Shown here: piece by piece, positions 63,411-64,000 of the stretch | Layout: every line of letters starts with the position of its first letter | Numbering within the stretch: position 1 is the stretch's first letter | DNA from: a virus | IMG/VR virus record: IMGVR_UViG_3300029305_002985 | Span: 68,092-132,091 of that record | Length of the DNA: 64,000 bases | Direction: 5' to 3' (one strand) | Notes under the pieces: model-generated | Seen by the model: the letters and a program-made list of their open reading frames with translations, nothing else | The model's database searches: none | What the model was told of the DNA's origin: nothing | Program-made: the position numbers and the translations under genes

Positions 63411-64000
63411 ATGGAAAAGTTAAAGCAAATGAAAGAGGCTCTCGTTGGATGCGTTGAGGGCCAAGTGTTCGGAAATCTTAAGGATGTCGACGCAAAAGAA
63501 CTCGGCGAAGCTATGGATATGATTAAAGACTTATCCGAGGCTATCTACTATTGCACAATAACAGAGGCAATGGAGGGTGAGAAACATGGCGAAAAATCAG
63601 GTAAAGGCCAGCATGGGATGATGTACTACAAAGAGAGTATGACTCCTATGTACCACTATCCTTACCCAGTAGAATATTATGATCCCAGATACAGAACTAA
63701 TTATTCTATGTATGAGCGCGGCAACCAAGGCGGAAATGGCGATAGTGGTTCCCGCCACTATCAAGACGGTATGATGGATTATACCATGTATGAAAGCGGC
63801 AATGCAGGGACTGGTCATGCACAGGCTATGCGCGGCTATCGTGATGGTATGGTGATTCAGCCTATGGAGCGCGATCCTAAAGAAGGACGCAGTGGCGAGC
63901 GCCGCAGAATGTATATGAGTGGTAAGGGCATGAAAGATAAGACTTCTCAGATGAAAGAGCTTGAAGCTTATATGCAAGAGCTTACTTCTGATATGACTGA
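63411..64000 (+). CDS. hypothetical Met/Tyr/Gly-rich protein (3' end beyond the window)
   Basis: MEKLKQMKEALVGCVEGQ...MMYYKESMTPMYHYPYPVEYYDPRYR.... No stop codon before the window end. Confidence 0.45.
   Translation, partial: MEKLKQMKEALVGCVEGQVFGNLKDVDAKELGEAMDMIKDLSEAIYYCTITEAMEGEKHGEKSGKGQHGMMYYKESMTPMYHYPYPVEYYDPRYRTNYSMYERGNQGGNGDSGSRHYQDGMMDYTMYESGNAGTGHAQAMRGYRDGMVIQPMERDPKEGRSGERRRMYMSGKGMKDKTSQMKELEAYMQELTSDMT

Noticed and set aside
1-64000. tRNA (suppressor), rRNA or integrase genes
   Set aside because: No tRNA cloverleaf or T-arm GTTCGA/GTTCAA signature and no tyrosine- or serine-recombinase-like ORF were found in this window.

Overview
This window is a segment of a phage genome with two very different halves. 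Region 1-11,000 is a GC-richer early-gene block with every gene on the minus strand and standard stop codons. It holds about 27 small genes: an AbrB/SpoVT-like regulator, a MazF/PemK-like toxin, a DEDDh exonuclease, a HAD 5'-nucleotidase-like protein, small membrane peptides, a duplicated 115-aa protein and many unknowns. These genes are separated by highly repetitive cassettes: tandem rho-independent terminators, a conserved TTGCACAAAGTTT motif (often palindromic) and one or two consensus sigma70/sigmaA-type promoters (TTGACA-17-TGnTATAAT). Two arrays of 11-bp-periodic GTT(C/T)ACAA direct repeats sit at 430-478 and 10900-10985. Region 11274-12026 is a minus-strand class-3 lipase gene bracketed by terminators. 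Region 12185-64000 is an AT-rich late packaging and structural module, all on the plus strand. It encodes large terminase, a DUF559/Vsr-like endonuclease, portal, scaffold, major capsid, major tail protein, chaperone-like proteins, a tape measure of about 2,487 aa, a 1,790-aa tail protein, five or six tail fibres, Dit/Tal-like proteins and a terminal cluster of G/Y/C-rich proteins. In this block TAG is clearly a sense codon: dozens of in-frame TAGs join ORF-track fragments into single genes that end only in TAA or TGA. This is an amber-recoded, genetic-code-15-like phage whose early genes avoid TAG; glutamine is assumed by analogy. No tRNA, rRNA, CRISPR array or integrase was found. The host is probably a low-GC Gram-positive bacterium, inferred from extended -10 promoters, strong GGAGG ribosome-binding sites, the AbrB-like regulator and collagen-like fibres.
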